Source: Vitrella brassicaformis CCMP3155 (taxonomy: Eukaryota; Protista; Chromerida). Taken from it: DNA of 64,000 nucleotides. The position numbers and the translations under genes are program-made. The notes under the pieces are model-generated. The model saw nothing but the letters and a program-made list of their open reading frames with translations. It did not search any database and was not told where the DNA came from. The stretch is taken from positions 1 to 64,000 of the forward strand of contig CDMY01000473.1 in NCBI GenBank assembly GCA_001179505.1, in the 5' to 3' direction. Below, piece by piece: positions 39,172 through 51,625 of the stretch (position 1 is the stretch's first letter; every line of letters begins with the position of its first letter).

Positions 39172-39989
39172 CCGACGAACGAACGAACACAGCAAGGAAC
39201 TATTTGTCCAATCATTATCCTCAGCGTGAGGGATTCACTGAGTCCCCCCTCCCCCCCACTGTTTTCGGCAGACAGGCAGGCAGGCCACCCCCTCCCCTTG
39301 TTTGATCAACCAACTCACGCACGTCGGATCATTCTTTTGTTGGTTCGCTGGTGTCTCTACCCACCCACATACCTACCTACCAGGGGCAACACACACGTAC
39401 GCTAGAATGAGGCAGGGAGGGGAGGGAGGGAGGAGGGGGCGGGTGGGAGGGCTGATGGGGGGATGGTCCTCCCTCCTGACTTGAGTGTGCGTGCATGTGC
39501 GTGTGAGTGACATGTGCAGCAGGTCCCTTCGACGATCTTCCTACCTAGCAACACTAGCACTAGCTGCCGGAGGCCAGCCAGTCGGTCAATTCGTGTGGGA
39601 GCTCGTGTGATGATGGTTGTGTGTGTGTGTGTTGTGCGTGTGTGTGGATATCATATCGTTAAGTGGCCTAAATGACGACGACTGACTGACTGATTTGACT
39701 GACTGACTGACTCTTGCTGCGTGCTGCTGCCTGCTGCTGTGTGGTGCTGCTGCCTGACAGACAGACGGCCAGACGTGTGTGTATTCTTATCTATATAACT
39801 ACTACCATTAACGCCTCAATTCATCCAGTCGCTCTTCGCTCATTGTCAGTCAGTCAGTGTCCCCACCCACAGCACAGGTCGTCACACCGAGAAACCGCAC
39901 TCATATACACACACAGACGACACACAGGCGGCCACACACCGCCACGCCACGCTACAACAGCACCTCTGAAAAGAAGATCTCTCTTTATG

Positions 39990-41165
39990 TCAGCCTGGCT
40001 TTGCCGCACTCTGCTGCCCACCACTGGCACCAGCGCCAGCAGAGGCAGCAGCAGCGACAGGCAACCACGCCGACGTGAGCAGGCCCCACTGAGACGTCCA
40101 CCCCTCGCCCCTCTGATGATACCGATGCCACACACACACACCCACGATGGTAGCAGCCCCGCCGCCCACCAGCAGCACCGTCCACCCCCCCATCCGCAGC
40201 AGCCATGCGGCCTTGCTCCTGTCCAGCCCCACCACACCCAACGCACGATCGAGAGCAAGCTCCTTGATGGCCTCCGACAGCTGCTGGTCGTCGATACCCA
40301 AAGTCAGCTTGTTGACCGGCCGCCTGTGACGGGGCTTAGACGGCACAAGGGCGAGAGAAGGCGGCGCTTGTTCGTCGTCTGTCGGTGGTGCTGTGTCCCA
40401 TGGGAGGATGGTGTCGCGCCGAGAGGGGCCGGGGTCGCTCCGTTGAGAGGGGCTATCTGAGCCACTGTCATCATCTCGATGACGATGCCTGCTCACCGGC
40501 AGACGGGCAGAGGAATGCGGCCGAGCCCTCGTTGTGTCAGCCAAGTCAGGCTGGGCAGCTGCAGACGAAGACGTTGATGTCGAAGGGCCGTTGAGCAGAT
40601 GCATGGCAGCCGGTGGCTCCATCAACGTGTGTGCTCTCGTAGCGACGTGATGCCGATGGTGCTGGTGCTTGCTCTCAGCCGCCTCGATGCGGCTGGTGCC
40701 GTAGTAGAGCCGCGACGCATAAGGCGGCATCAGGCCGAGGACGCCCTTGTGGGTGAGCGTCTGGTAGAGCTCCGGCGCCCTCTCCTGAATGGCCCGCTTG
40801 AGCTCCTGTTCGTCATGCGCCATGTAGAGCAGCGCCACGACGGACGACAGGTGGTTGCTCTGGGCGAAGGACTGCTGGATAATCTCATACAGCGTCTTCT
40901 CCTCCAGGATCTCATGCACGCTCTCAGGCAGGTAAGTCGCCATGCCCCTCCGCTTGACGGTCCTCCATGCGAGGTCTCCCAGACATCCCAGGCCGATGGT
41001 GAAGCAGCCGAGCATCACAAGCACGTCCCATCGGAAGAAGGACAGCACCAGTAATGACCCGTAGATGGCAGAGAGGACCAGAGCGGCCATCCCGACCTGG
41101 TATTGAAGCCGTTCGTTTGACGCTGTCGCATCTGGCGCTCTCCTAGCACCGTTGCGGCTTGTCAT
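39990..41165 (-). CDS. Intronless hypothetical membrane protein (~390 aa) with hydrophobic segments near both ends
   Basis: Single uninterrupted ORF with no microsatellite inserts. N-terminal hydrophobic hairpin VGMAALVLSAIYGSLLVLSFF/VLVMLGCFTIGLGCL; C-terminal WTVLLVGGGAATIVGVCVW and WGLLTSAWLPVAAAA. Confidence 0.75.
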   Translation of the reverse strand: MTSRNGARRAPDATASNERLQYQVGMAALVLSAIYGSLLVLSFFRWDVLVMLGCFTIGLGCLGDLAWRTVKRRGMATYLPESVHEILEEKTLYEIIQQSFAQSNHLSSVVALLYMAHDEQELKRAIQERAPELYQTLTHKGVLGLMPPYASRLYYGTSRIEAAESKHQHHRHHVATRAHTLMEPPAAMHLLNGPSTSTSSSAAAQPDLADTTRARPHSSARLPVSRHRHRDDDSGSDSPSQRSDPGPSRRDTILPWDTAPPTDDEQAPPSLALVPSKPRHRRPVNKLTLGIDDQQLSEAIKELALDRALGVVGLDRSKAAWLLRMGGWTVLLVGGGAATIVGVCVWHRYHQRGEGWTSQWGLLTSAWLPVAAAASAGAGASGGQQSAAKPG

Positions 41166-41428
41166 GTCCGCTGACACAGGCTTGTGCGTCAATTCTCTCC
41201 AGCTAGTGTCGTGGGATGAAATCGAAAGAACCCAGCAAGATAACGAAGAGATTACACCCCTTCCGATTCCTTCTCCTCACGTTTCTCCTCCCAAGCTGTC
41301 GGCTAGAGAGAGGTTTCACGGAAGCCCGAAAGACAGTGATTGGAGCATGGCGACGACAGAGGGGTGCACAGCCCGTTGAAGCCACAAAACAGCACTCCGA
41401 TCCATAGCTTTCGCTGCTTGGTCGCACG

Positions 41429-41685
41429 ATGGCTGCCAGTGCCGCCGCCCAGGTGAGAGAAGAGGGAGCTGCAGGCCAGGCAAATCCCTACATCATGACG
41501 GGAATCACTTGTGCTGTCTGTGTGTGGCTTGTCATTCGGTTTGGTGCAGATGAGCGCATTGATACGGGAGCAGCTGCTTGCCCCGGGTAGAGGGCTATCG
41601 GATGAAGCAGGCTCAGGTATCAGCTGACCAACACACCAACCAACTCGTCCATTCCATGCGGTGCATCCAAAGCTCAACGGCTGCT

Positions 41686-41717
<32 letters not shown>

Positions 41718-43425
41718 CAGGTCAACAGCTGCATCGACCAACTTCTGCAGATGGACACCGCAGCGTCGATGGCACCACTGGTGCGGCAGGCTGCCAAACA
41801 CACCACACACCACAAAGCCCTCTGTTTGTCTGTGGAGTCTACTTTGCTTGGCGTCGCTCTCGTCGTGTTGATTCATTCGTCAGATGGTGGCCAAGGTGAG
41901 TCGTCAATTTGCTGCTGTGTCCGACCTGCTGGCCGAGTTGGCAGAGACCATCAACTCGACCATCGCACTGACAAGACATCGCCGCACACAGGTGAGTGGG
42001 GGAGTGACCACAGGCAGGCACAAACACAAGACCCACACTGATGTGGTGTGCACCTCTTATGTCCTGTGTGTGTATGTCCTTCTGTCTGTGTGTCATCAGG
42101 CGCGACGGTTGCACATGACTGACATCCCTGCCAACCCCATGAGCATCATCATCGCACTGTCTGACCTGACCGCCGTCGCCCACCTCAAGTCGACAGCCCG
42201 GCCCATCAGAAATGCCCTCCGGCCGATCGTCCGCCGCCTTCGGCTGCCGAAGGCCATCGAGCGGGCGGGGGTGGGCGGTGTGGTGCAGTTCGACGATCAG
42301 CTGAGCCACGGCGATGTGATGAAGGCCATGTGGGTGGTGGAGGAGGAAGGCGAGGGCGCCTGGCGGGAGGTGAGCGACACACTCAGAGTCGCCGAGCACT
42401 GCGGCAATTGCCAGCTGCCGGTCACTGTGGGTGCTGCGGATCTGCAGACACACGCCACCAAGGCGGTAAACACGACACACAGAAGAGGCAATCGGTGAGC
42501 TGCTGGATGTGTGTGTTGGCTGCAGGACTTCCTGGCGCTGCCCCGTTTCTGTGCGCAGTGGATGGTCGTCGGCCGCAATGTGGCCTTCCGCCGCCCCACC
42601 GGCCAGCAAGACGGCACACTCGAGCTTTTCCGCCACAACAACAACGAGATTCGCGCCATCCGCAATCAGCCCAACTTCGCCATCACCATCAAACCGCCCC
42701 TCCCCCTCCCCAACCGCCCAGTCCATCCCTTCTCGCAGCACCCCTTCACCCACCACGCCAAGCCACACGACCCGCCCGCCAGCAACCGCATCGTGTGGCA
42801 AAGCGGTGTGGGCTGGGCGACGGTTGGCGTCAACAACGGGACTGTTGACGTATTGGCGAGTTCCATGCTGAAGCATCTGATCCTGCATCACCGGGTGCGG
42901 GCTGTGGGCGGCTTCACCGACTCGCCAACGGTGGTGGTTGACCGGTGAGTGGACGAACGGCACGCAATGAGAGGGCGAATGACTATGTGGTGCGCTATTG
43001 ATGTGTGTGTCAGTCGTGTGCGGGGTGGCCACGTCGACCGCATCATGACTCGATCGCCACATACGCCCACCGACGGATGCTCAAGCGTGTTGACATGGGA
43101 GCGGGCCGATGGGGTCTGTGGGCAGGCGCATCTGCTGACGTCATCCAACGACCAGTTCATCGCATGGATTTCCTTCGACATCTCCCCAAACAACAACCAG
43201 AGCGGTACGCATACACATTCTCAGCACATCCTCATGCTGTCGTGTCGTTTGATCATCTGCTCTTGTCTGCGTGCAGTGGAGGTGACCATCTGTACCTTCG
43301 AGGCGCCGGCAACGGGTGTCCCCCATGACGCGCCCTTCGCACAGCGGTTCCCCCGGACGGCCGCCAAGGTGCGCCGCATCCTTGGGCCGACCGCAGCCAT
43401 CATCCTGGACGGCCAGGCGCCTTAG
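41429..43425 (+). CDS. Multi-exon hypothetical protein (helical N-terminus, F-box-like segment); possible frameshift in exon 2
   Basis: Phase-0 exons VNSCIDQLLQMDTAASMAPL|MVAKVSRQF..RTQ|ARRLHMTDIPANPMSIIIALSDLTAVAHLKST.. continuing to ..ILDGQAP* at 43425. Confidence 0.65.
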
Positions 43426-44528
43426 ATCAGGAAGGTGAGAGGGTCACACACGCAATGGGATGATGATGCGCGTGTGTGTTTGTGTCTGTAGAGACTTGTC
43501 TCCTTCGTGTTGTGCAGTTGCTCTGACAAGCTGCATGTTGTGAGGAGAGGGCCGTTCAAGGTGACTGTCGCGTAGCGTACATGAGGATGAATGAGGTGGA
43601 CAAATCGTTGAGACTCTGACTCGTGTTAGTTGGCATCCAAGCTGTGTTTCTTGTGCCATCCACACACACACACACACACACATACACACACACACGCATG
43701 CACGGCGTGTACCGCTCCGCTCACTCCACTCGTCCACCTCTTCCATATCCCCCGTCCCCCAAAACCCACCCACCCTTTAGCTAGTGGGTATGCGCACACA
43801 GAAAGGGACACACACAAGGCAGTTGTGTGGTGCATTAATGTGCGGCGCCACGAGAGATTGCGATCCGTTGATTCGTCCGGTCACTTCGCACGTTTGTCCA
43901 GCCACGCCATCAGCTATGGATGCATTACACATTCGGTCCAGGCCTGTGAGGGGGGGGAAGGGGGGGAAGGGGATGTGTCAATTAAACTCTCACACACAAC
44001 AAAACACAACACGCCGCACGGACACACAGACAGGGGCCGAAAGTGACAAAGAGAGAGAAAAGGAAGCCGATGAGCCCCACCGTCACACACACACGCACAT
44101 CCGATCTGCCCACTCGCCAAGTCACAGGAATGTACTTACATAGCTTCCCCAAGCCCCCTTTCTCCCTCAACTAATTGGAACCGTCGGCTGGTACTCTACC
44201 GGGCGTGGCGACAGTCCCCGCCATATCCTTCCTTCCACTTCTTTGTGCAGGCGAGGCCCGTCCCGGACACTGATTTGCGGGCGCCGAGGCCGCCCGCCAC
44301 CTGCAAAGGGGTGAATTGACGCAACAAACACTGTGGTGAGTCGTGCACGTGGGTTCCGTTTACGGGAGGGCGAGGCTGCGGCCAGGTTTCTGCGTTCCGT
44401 TATGTAACGCCGGCGTTGTCCGCGGCCGTTTCGAGCTCTGCCAAAGCACGGCCTTGCTCTCTTTCGTCGACTTCGTGCTTGTCCTTTGTTGCTTCTCTCG
44501 TCTTCTCTTCGCCGACATCACTTCCACG

Positions 44529-45182
44529 ATGCGTTCGTCTCTGGCTTCTCCCGCCTTGGCCGCCCTGCTGCTCGTCATCTCTCCAGCACGTGAGCCACGA
44601 CGATGCGTACAGTCAGCCCCTCGCGCAGGACACCCACCTCTCACTTACGTTGTGGGTCTCCCCCCCGTGTGTCTGTTCCCTTTGTGTGTGGTGTGTCTGC
44701 GTGTGCCTTCAGTGTTGCTGTGCGCGCCCGCCCCGGCCCTCACTCGCTACCTCCAGGACGACACCGACAAGGCGCCGAAAGGGGCAGTGAAGCCTGGCAA
44801 CGACGAGAACAAGCAGCAGCAGCCGCCCAAGCTAGGCGACCACAAAGCCAACGACAACGGCAAGAAGGAGGGTCCGAAAGGAGCGGTGCCCAAGCAAGAC
44901 AAGAAGCCTGACGACAACAAGAAGCAGCTTCAGCCGCCCGCCGGGAAGCAGCCGCCCAAGCCCGACGGGAAGGAGGAGACTCGCCCTGTCCACGGTCCCG
45001 GCGTGTGCGACACCACCAAGGGCAACTGTGGCCCCAGACAGACTCCCATCAAGGGCAAGGGCAAGGGCAATCCTGGCAAGGGCACCGGCAAAGGCAAAGG
45101 CAAGGGCAACAAGTCTCCGCCCAAGGACGCGCCCAAGGAGCAGCCGAAGGGTGATGCAGGAGACAAGCAAAAGACGGCTTAG
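44529..45182 (+). CDS. Small secreted Lys/Pro/Gly/Asp-rich low-complexity protein (176 aa, intron 44590-44712)
   Basis: Spliced MRSSLASPALAALLLVISPALLLCAPAPALTRYLQDDTDKAPKG..; exon lengths 61+470 nt give an intact frame. Confidence 0.75.
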   Translation: MRSSLASPALAALLLVISPAREPRRCVQSAPRAGHPPLTYVVGLPPVCLFPLCVVCLRVPSVLLCAPAPALTRYLQDDTDKAPKGAVKPGNDENKQQQPPKLGDHKANDNGKKEGPKGAVPKQDKKPDDNKKQLQPPAGKQPPKPDGKEETRPVHGPGVCDTTKGNCGPRQTPIKGKGKGNPGKGTGKGKGKGNKSPPKDAPKEQPKGDAGDKQKTA

Positions 45183-45791
45183 GGGAGGGGAAGAGGGAGC
45201 CTAGAGGGGCGGGAGAGCCATGATGTGTGTTTCGTCACACAGCGAGGGCTGGCCCGCCCGCAGGTAGGCTAGCTAGTTTCCTTTCACAGGTAGAAAAGGT
45301 GTGTAGCTTCGGTGTGAGTATGTGTGGCCCACTCGCAGGTAGGCTGACTAATTTTCGTGGGCACGGTTGAGACAAGCAGAGAGAGATGATCATATGTGAT
45401 GCGATATGAAGATGCCCGGCCCCTCCCTGTCAATGTGCGTGTGGGTGTGAGTCGTCTGTCGGTCTGTCTGTCCGTCCGTCTGTGTGTGTGTGCGTGTGTG
45501 TGTTTGGTCTGTCTACATAATGTGTTCATTGCAGAAGGGTGGGGTGGGGTGCAACAGGTAAGTGTGTATCGATGTTTTGGGAGGACAGAAGAGACCCAGA
45601 CAGACACAGAGAGCCGAAATGGGCCACTAAGGTGCACGAAACGATGGGTGTGAGTGACTCGTGGGAGTGTGATAGAGGACAAAGCACATAAACTCACAAG
45701 GTTAGCGCAAGTCTCGTCCTGTTTCACATGGATCCACCACTGCACAAACCACGCCACGAATGCACGTACTGCTCTCTCTCAACACATTCAT

Positions 45792-46157
45792 TCAACGCAA
45801 GCAACACAAGCAAGATACATCACCCAGACAGCGGAGCCGCCCACCAGAACAAATCACATCACAAGTGCACACGCCACACCCATTCCCCGGCCACGTGGTC
45901 CATTGCACTGCACGTCGGTGCGCATCATGGACCACACACGGGGAAAACACCACACCACCGGCAGCACTACACAGGCAGGGAAAACATAAGACACAGCCGC
46001 CAGCGGGACGGTCCACCACTGGTGTGTCGTGCATTGCATGGGATGACTGTGGGTTGAGGACCTCCAGAGCACGCGACGAGTCACGCAAAACCAACCTGGC
46101 GAGGAACAGAGGGAAAGAGGGGAGAGTGGCCATATCTGACCACTCGATGCTCTCCCG

Positions 46158-46189
<32 letters not shown>

Positions 46190-46405
46190 TCCTTACCTAG
46201 CAATCAGGTTGCTCAAGTTGTATGGCGCTTTCCAGCCGACTGATGGCCTCAGTTTTAGGGATACCGTCCTCGAGAGCGCGGCCCCAGGATTGGGCTGGCT
46301 GAATGTTGACCGATACAACCCTTGAGCGGCATCCTTGTCATCGTTGGCATGGTGCGCATCAATTTGTTCTTGTCAAAGCGTCACGAGCTTCCCAGCCAAC
46401 ACCGT
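45792..46405 (-). pseudogene. Spliced exon-like segments with one in-frame TGA (pseudogene, lncRNA or recoded gene)
   Basis: Exon 46405-46197 has a clean CAG acceptor and GTAAG donor. It reads TVLAGKLVTL*QEQIDAHH..NLIA and is phase-compatible with the downstream RLVLRDSSRALEVLNPQ. Confidence 0.35.
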
Positions 46406-47237
46406 CTGCAAGAAACGACACACACACACACACACACAGCATCCAAACCTGCCGCGCACAAGCTGGACAATGACTCTCCCCCTGTCCACCTGGTGAGCTT
46501 TAGCATACCAAACCCGCCCCAACTGGCACACACACAAGGCCCTCTCTGTCAGTGATGTGTGTGTGTGTGGAGTGGAGTATCTGCCTCCAAGCTCACAGCA
46601 GAAAAGGTGCGAATGCCATGGGTTGGCGCTCAGCGCATCGACAAGTCAACCATCACCACACGAGCCTGACCGCACATAGTGAATCATGATGAAAGAGATG
46701 GAATGGTTTTGCTTGCTCTCAAAGCTTGCTTCGCGCTCTGTCTGCCCTCACCACTCTGTGGCTGAGCGGCGTCTTGCGAACACCACCAACTCCAGCACAT
46801 CCGTCAACTCATGGAAGTCGCTCAGATCTCCGCTCATGACGACTGAAGAAATCCAGCGGCGCACGCCTCGGTCAGAGAGAGAGCGGTTAAAGCGCCGCGG
46901 CGAAAGATCTGCAAGCTCAAAAAAAACTCTGCGAGCTTGGAATTTCGAACCAGAAGGCAGACGTTTTTGCCTCTCTGCCATCAGAAAGCGCAGCAGTACA
47001 GTACCATATCTGCTCTCCTTGATTGCGAGTCTGCGAGAAGCGAGGCACACGGTTGTTCTCTTCTCTCGCAACCAAGAGTCCTTATCCCTCACGCGACGCG
47101 GAGTCTCACCAACTCGCTGAATCAGCTTCCCATCTAGCAAAGCAGGGGCGGCACCAGCCAACTAACACAGCACACGGCCAGGCAGGACGTTTCGGTGCGA
47201 CAAGCGACGCCCTCGCAGCAAGGCCTTCCTGATCAGG

Positions 47238-49350
47238 ATGGGTCAGGGAGAGTCTCAGCCGACGGAGCCCTTCACGCCGCCAGACGACAAACACCGCAAG
47301 CAACTCCTGCGCAAGCTCGGCATCGAGAGCCACTATGTGCGGCCGCCGCCCGTCGTGCAGCAGGAGGCGCCGGACCGGCTGGAGCGCATCTACACCACAC
47401 CGCCGGCCGGGGAAAAGGCCGAGAAGGCCACACAGGGCGACTTTGAGATGAACATTCTGGACCTGAGGAGCAAGGATGACTTCAGGGTCAACTACCTCAA
47501 GAAACTCTCCTACAAGTGAGTCTGAGTCGTGTGGTGCGACGTGATGTGGAAATGCAGGACGGCGCAATTTCGTTTGTGTGTGTGGGTATGTGTGTGTGTG
47601 CAGCCAGGTGTGGGTGCCCAACGCCAGGAAGGCTCCGAGGCACCAGACAGGTATGAGCCCACAGGTGTTGTCTCAGTCGCTGACTCATGTGTCGACTCGC
47701 CCACTCCTGTGTGTGTGTGTGTGTGTGTGTATGACGTCCCTCGTTGACTCACTCAGTGATCATCTTCGATTGGGACGACACGCTGCTGTGCACGTCATAC
47801 CTCAACCTCAGGGGCGACGAGAGCCACCCCAACACACGCAAACAACTCGACAACATCGCTAACATTGGGGTCAGGCAGCGGACCGGAAACACCACAAAGA
47901 CAGACACACACGTGAGTGTAGCAGGACGTGTGTGTCTTGTGTTGTGTTGTGTTCAGCGTCATTTGCTGGAGCTGGCGATGCGGCTGGGTCACGTGTTCAT
48001 CATCACCAACGCCATGAGCGGGTGGGTCGAGTACTCGTCGCAGAAATACATACCCTCCATCAAACAGCTACTCGACAACGGAATGTGAGCATCGCTCAGC
48101 ACCACCCACCACACACACACGCGCACCCACCCAGCCACACGTGTGTGTGTGTGTGTGTTGTGTTAGTGGCGGGAAGAAGATCAAGATCATCTCAGCGCGC
48201 GGCAACTATGAGCACCGATTTCCCGGACAGTACCAGGAGTGGAAGGTACCTTCCCTACCCACACCACACCCGCCACTCACCCACTCACGCAGAGGGCTTA
48301 CCTGGCTGGCGCCCTAACTGCGTATGGCATCATGTGTGCAGATTCAGGCGTTCTTGGAGGTGCAGCGTGAGCTCAATGCGGAGATCATCACCAACCTCAT
48401 CTCACTAGGTCAGTGCCGCCAGACAGCAAGCAGACCACACATCAGCACACATGGGCACACAACGCTGTCCGTCGGTCTGTCTGTGTGTGTATACGCCTTT
48501 GCAGGCGATTCCAACATCGAGATGGATGCTGTTCACATCATGGGCAAGTAAGCCCGACACACAGACAAGGCACACGCCTCAAAATGCAACCTCTCCCCAC
48601 CTCACTGTCTGCCTGCCTGTGTGATCCTGTGTGTGCAGGGAGTTTTCTCAGGCGTTGATCAAGACCATCAAATTCCGAGAGAACCCCTCACCCGACGAGC
48701 TGGTGAACACACGCAACAAACCAGACCGGAGAGGGCGACGTCCGACCCCACCTGTGTCCCCGTCTCAATCTGTCTGTCTGTGTGTCTGTCTGTCTGTGTG
48801 TCTGTCTGTCTGTCTGTGTGTCTGTCAGGCCAAGCAGCTGGAGTTGGTGGCCCAGAAGTTTGAGAAGATCTGCCTCAACGCCAGAAACCTCAAAATCGGA
48901 CTAGAACGGTAACCAACACACACACACAACACACGCGGCCTCGCCTGACCTGTCTGTCCTGTCTGGCTGATCGAGCGATGCAGCAAATGGGTGCACCCCA
49001 ACCGCCCCAAGCCCGGCACCGAGGGCGCCGCAGCACCCAACCAACCCAACGCCACTGCTGCAGAGGGCGAGGAGCAGCCTGGATCCCAGCCGAGCACCAC
49101 CCCTTCCCCTGTCCCTGTCCCTCCCCCTCTCCCCGACAACAGTGCTCCGCCGCCAGAAGCTGCCGCCCACTCTCAACTGGGCAACCTTGGCATTCACAAT
49201 GCGTTTGCCGCTGCCCAGCAGCAGGAGGGGCAGGAGAGCGGCGGGGGTGTGGGTGTGGGTGTGGGACCGATGGTCAATGGCATCAAAGGAGCCGCACCTG
49301 CGGATGGTGGCGGTGGTGGTGGTGGTGGGGGCAAGGAGGCGGGCAGCTAG
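47238..49350 (+). CDS. HAD-superfamily phosphatase-like protein (FDWDDTL family)
   Basis: Motif I VIIFDWDDTLLCT, motif II VFIITNA, KIISAR, motif III EWK, motif IV LISLGDSNIE. Exon phases are consistent; Pro/Gly-rich tail ends at 49350. Confidence 0.85.
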
Positions 49351-50642
49351 TTGAGCCGCAGGAGGGGCATGGAGGAGGGAGTCTGATTCAGTAGCTGCTG
49401 GTGGGCGGCGGGTGGGTGTTGACGGGTTGGTGCTGAGATGTAATGTAGCCGAGGTCGGATGAGTGTTGGTGTGTATGCTGCTGTCGTGCCTGCCTGTCTG
49501 TATATCTGCTGTCTGCAAATCGCCGCCTCTTCTTGGCCCCAGTTTCTTTCATCTCCTTGATCAGAACCTTCACGCGAGAAATCATGTTAGATTTGTTTCG
49601 TGAAGGTTGCCTTGGGGAGGTGAAGGATTGGGGGGCCATACATACCACAGACAGCCGGAGGGTGCTTGAGAGATGCAATGCGAGGTGTGCGTGTGGGTGT
49701 GGTGTGTGGGTGTGGGGGTGCGCTGCACATGCATGTGGAAGATGCTGTACAGATGGATGGATGGATGGACCTGTGGTTGGCTGGCTGGCTGACGCATTGA
49801 TTTGATTGGTGAGTGTTTCTCTGTACATGTACTCTTGTAATCGAATTGACCCGGATCTCCCTCTCCCTCTCCCCCTCCCCCTCCCCCTCCCCCTCCCGCC
49901 CTCTCTCTCACTCGCACTGTTTCCTCCCAAGATTTTGATCGCACTGCAGCTTCTATTCTGCTGCTGCCGCACTGCTCTCTCTCTGTCTCTCTGTTCCTCT
50001 CTCTCAGGCGGGCCAGCCAGCCAGCCGCTCGTGTGCATGTGTCGTTATTTTTGGGGCCGTTGGCCCCTCCGTGTGACTGAATCGACAAGTGACCACGATT
50101 GACGGGTGAATTGAAGCTTACGTGTGAATGTCTGTGTCACATTGGTGCGTACGAGAAAGGTCATGCAGCATGAGCAATACGTCAAGTCGTTCTTTCTCCT
50201 CAGACAGGCGCGTCCACGCACACATGTACCATGGCTGACGCAGACAACAAACCCCAGACCTCTCTTTAGAAACCACGCACTCGTCATGCACTCACTCCTC
50301 ATGCAACACATGTGTTTGCGAAACCCCAGCCAGCGCCCGGGCCCCTCTCACTCTCCCATGAAAACTCACTCACTCACTGTGTGAGCAGAGCAGTGTATAC
50401 TAAAAAATAAATACAGCAAGCATCAATCAATTGGCAATACAATAAATGCGGCAGCTCTCTCTCCCTCCGGACACACACATGAAGCCCACTCCCGGACTCG
50501 CAGTCGAAAACCCCCTCTCACGCCCCATACATGTGCCACATGTGCCAGATGTGCTGTGGCTGGCTGCGGGCTCCAAAGCTGAGCTCCACAGCCAGCCGCA
50601 CTTAGCTACTGCATACTCGAATGCCTACGCCTCTCGGCTCGG

Positions 50643-51625
50643 TCACAGGCACTCCATGAGCTTTTTTCGTGCCTTGGTGATGTGGCCCGGCGGCAGCGAC
50701 GCCACCTGGGTCTGGGCCGCTGACGATGGCTTGCCAGTGTTTTCCCTCTGTGTCTGCGTGGCCACGCCCCAATACGCCAGATAACTGAACACACACAGAG
50801 GAGGGGACGAGCACAGAATCAGACAAACGAGAACGAGAAAGGCGGTCTCTCTCTGTCTGATCTGTCTCCACCCTCTCACTCTCTGAGGGCGCGTTTGAAA
50901 CAGTCAAGGTCGTCAGCCGAGAGGAAGCGTTGCCTCATGCTCGACACCGGCACGAAGTATGCGCGGGCTTCGGAGTCGTCAGGTCCTGAGGTGTCTGGCG
51001 AAGATGTCTCACTTCGTGAGACCGACGCAGCCATGTGTGTCGTCTGACAGTCGTTGCTGCCGTCCGACAGCACAAGGGACGTGAGCAGCACACTGGTCAG
51101 CTGCGCGCTGCCCAGAGAGCCCTCGGCCGGGATGACAGCGGGGAGAGAGCTGAAGAGTCTCTCATAGGACGACACGAGCCCGTCGACATCACTCTCTGCG
51201 TCACAGAAGACATAAGGGATGTGAGAATGAGGCCCCCACTTTGTTCTTCCCACCTGTCAGCCGGACAGCCGCGGCTTTCATCCTCTGTACGGTCGCTGAG
51301 GGCTCCGCGCTGCCCACAAGGGGGGCGGCGAGGAGCTCACCGACCAGAAAAGGTATCTTCGGCCGAACGCAGCCTCCTTCCTCCTCCTCCAGACGGGCGA
51401 GTGTGCGACATCGCCTTCTCACGACTCTGGAACATATCGCTATGACGCTTCCGAAGAAGGAAGTGTTGCTGCACAGGTTGCAGATGGCCTCCTATCATCA
51501 ACCAACACGCAGACGCGCACAGAGAGAGTCCAACGCGCTGATTGAGAACTCTTTACCTTTAAAGAGGGAGGCGGAGGGGCCGTCGCGGGCAGCCACGGGA
51601 GTCTGTCGCCATCAGCAGTCGTCAT
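50643..51625 (-). CDS. Hypothetical protein (3-4 exons; 5' structure uncertain)
   Basis: Phase-compatible joins ..AVRLT|ESDVDGLVSSYERLF..DDLDCFKRALR|DYLAYWGV..KLMECL*. The first exon is ambiguous. Confidence 0.45.

Noticed and set aside
37469-39989. Genes in the microsatellite-rich intergenic stretch (also 26000-26990, 43430-44500 and 49350-50640)
   Set aside because: ORFs are His/Thr/Val/Cys-rich translations of CA/GT repeats, with no consistent splice chain.
41839-43062. 407-aa minus-strand ORF (also 61582-62409 +, 30460-31278 + and 36959-38194 -)
   Set aside because: Antisense shadows of GC-rich coding exons or microsatellite DNA, with no protein-like motifs.
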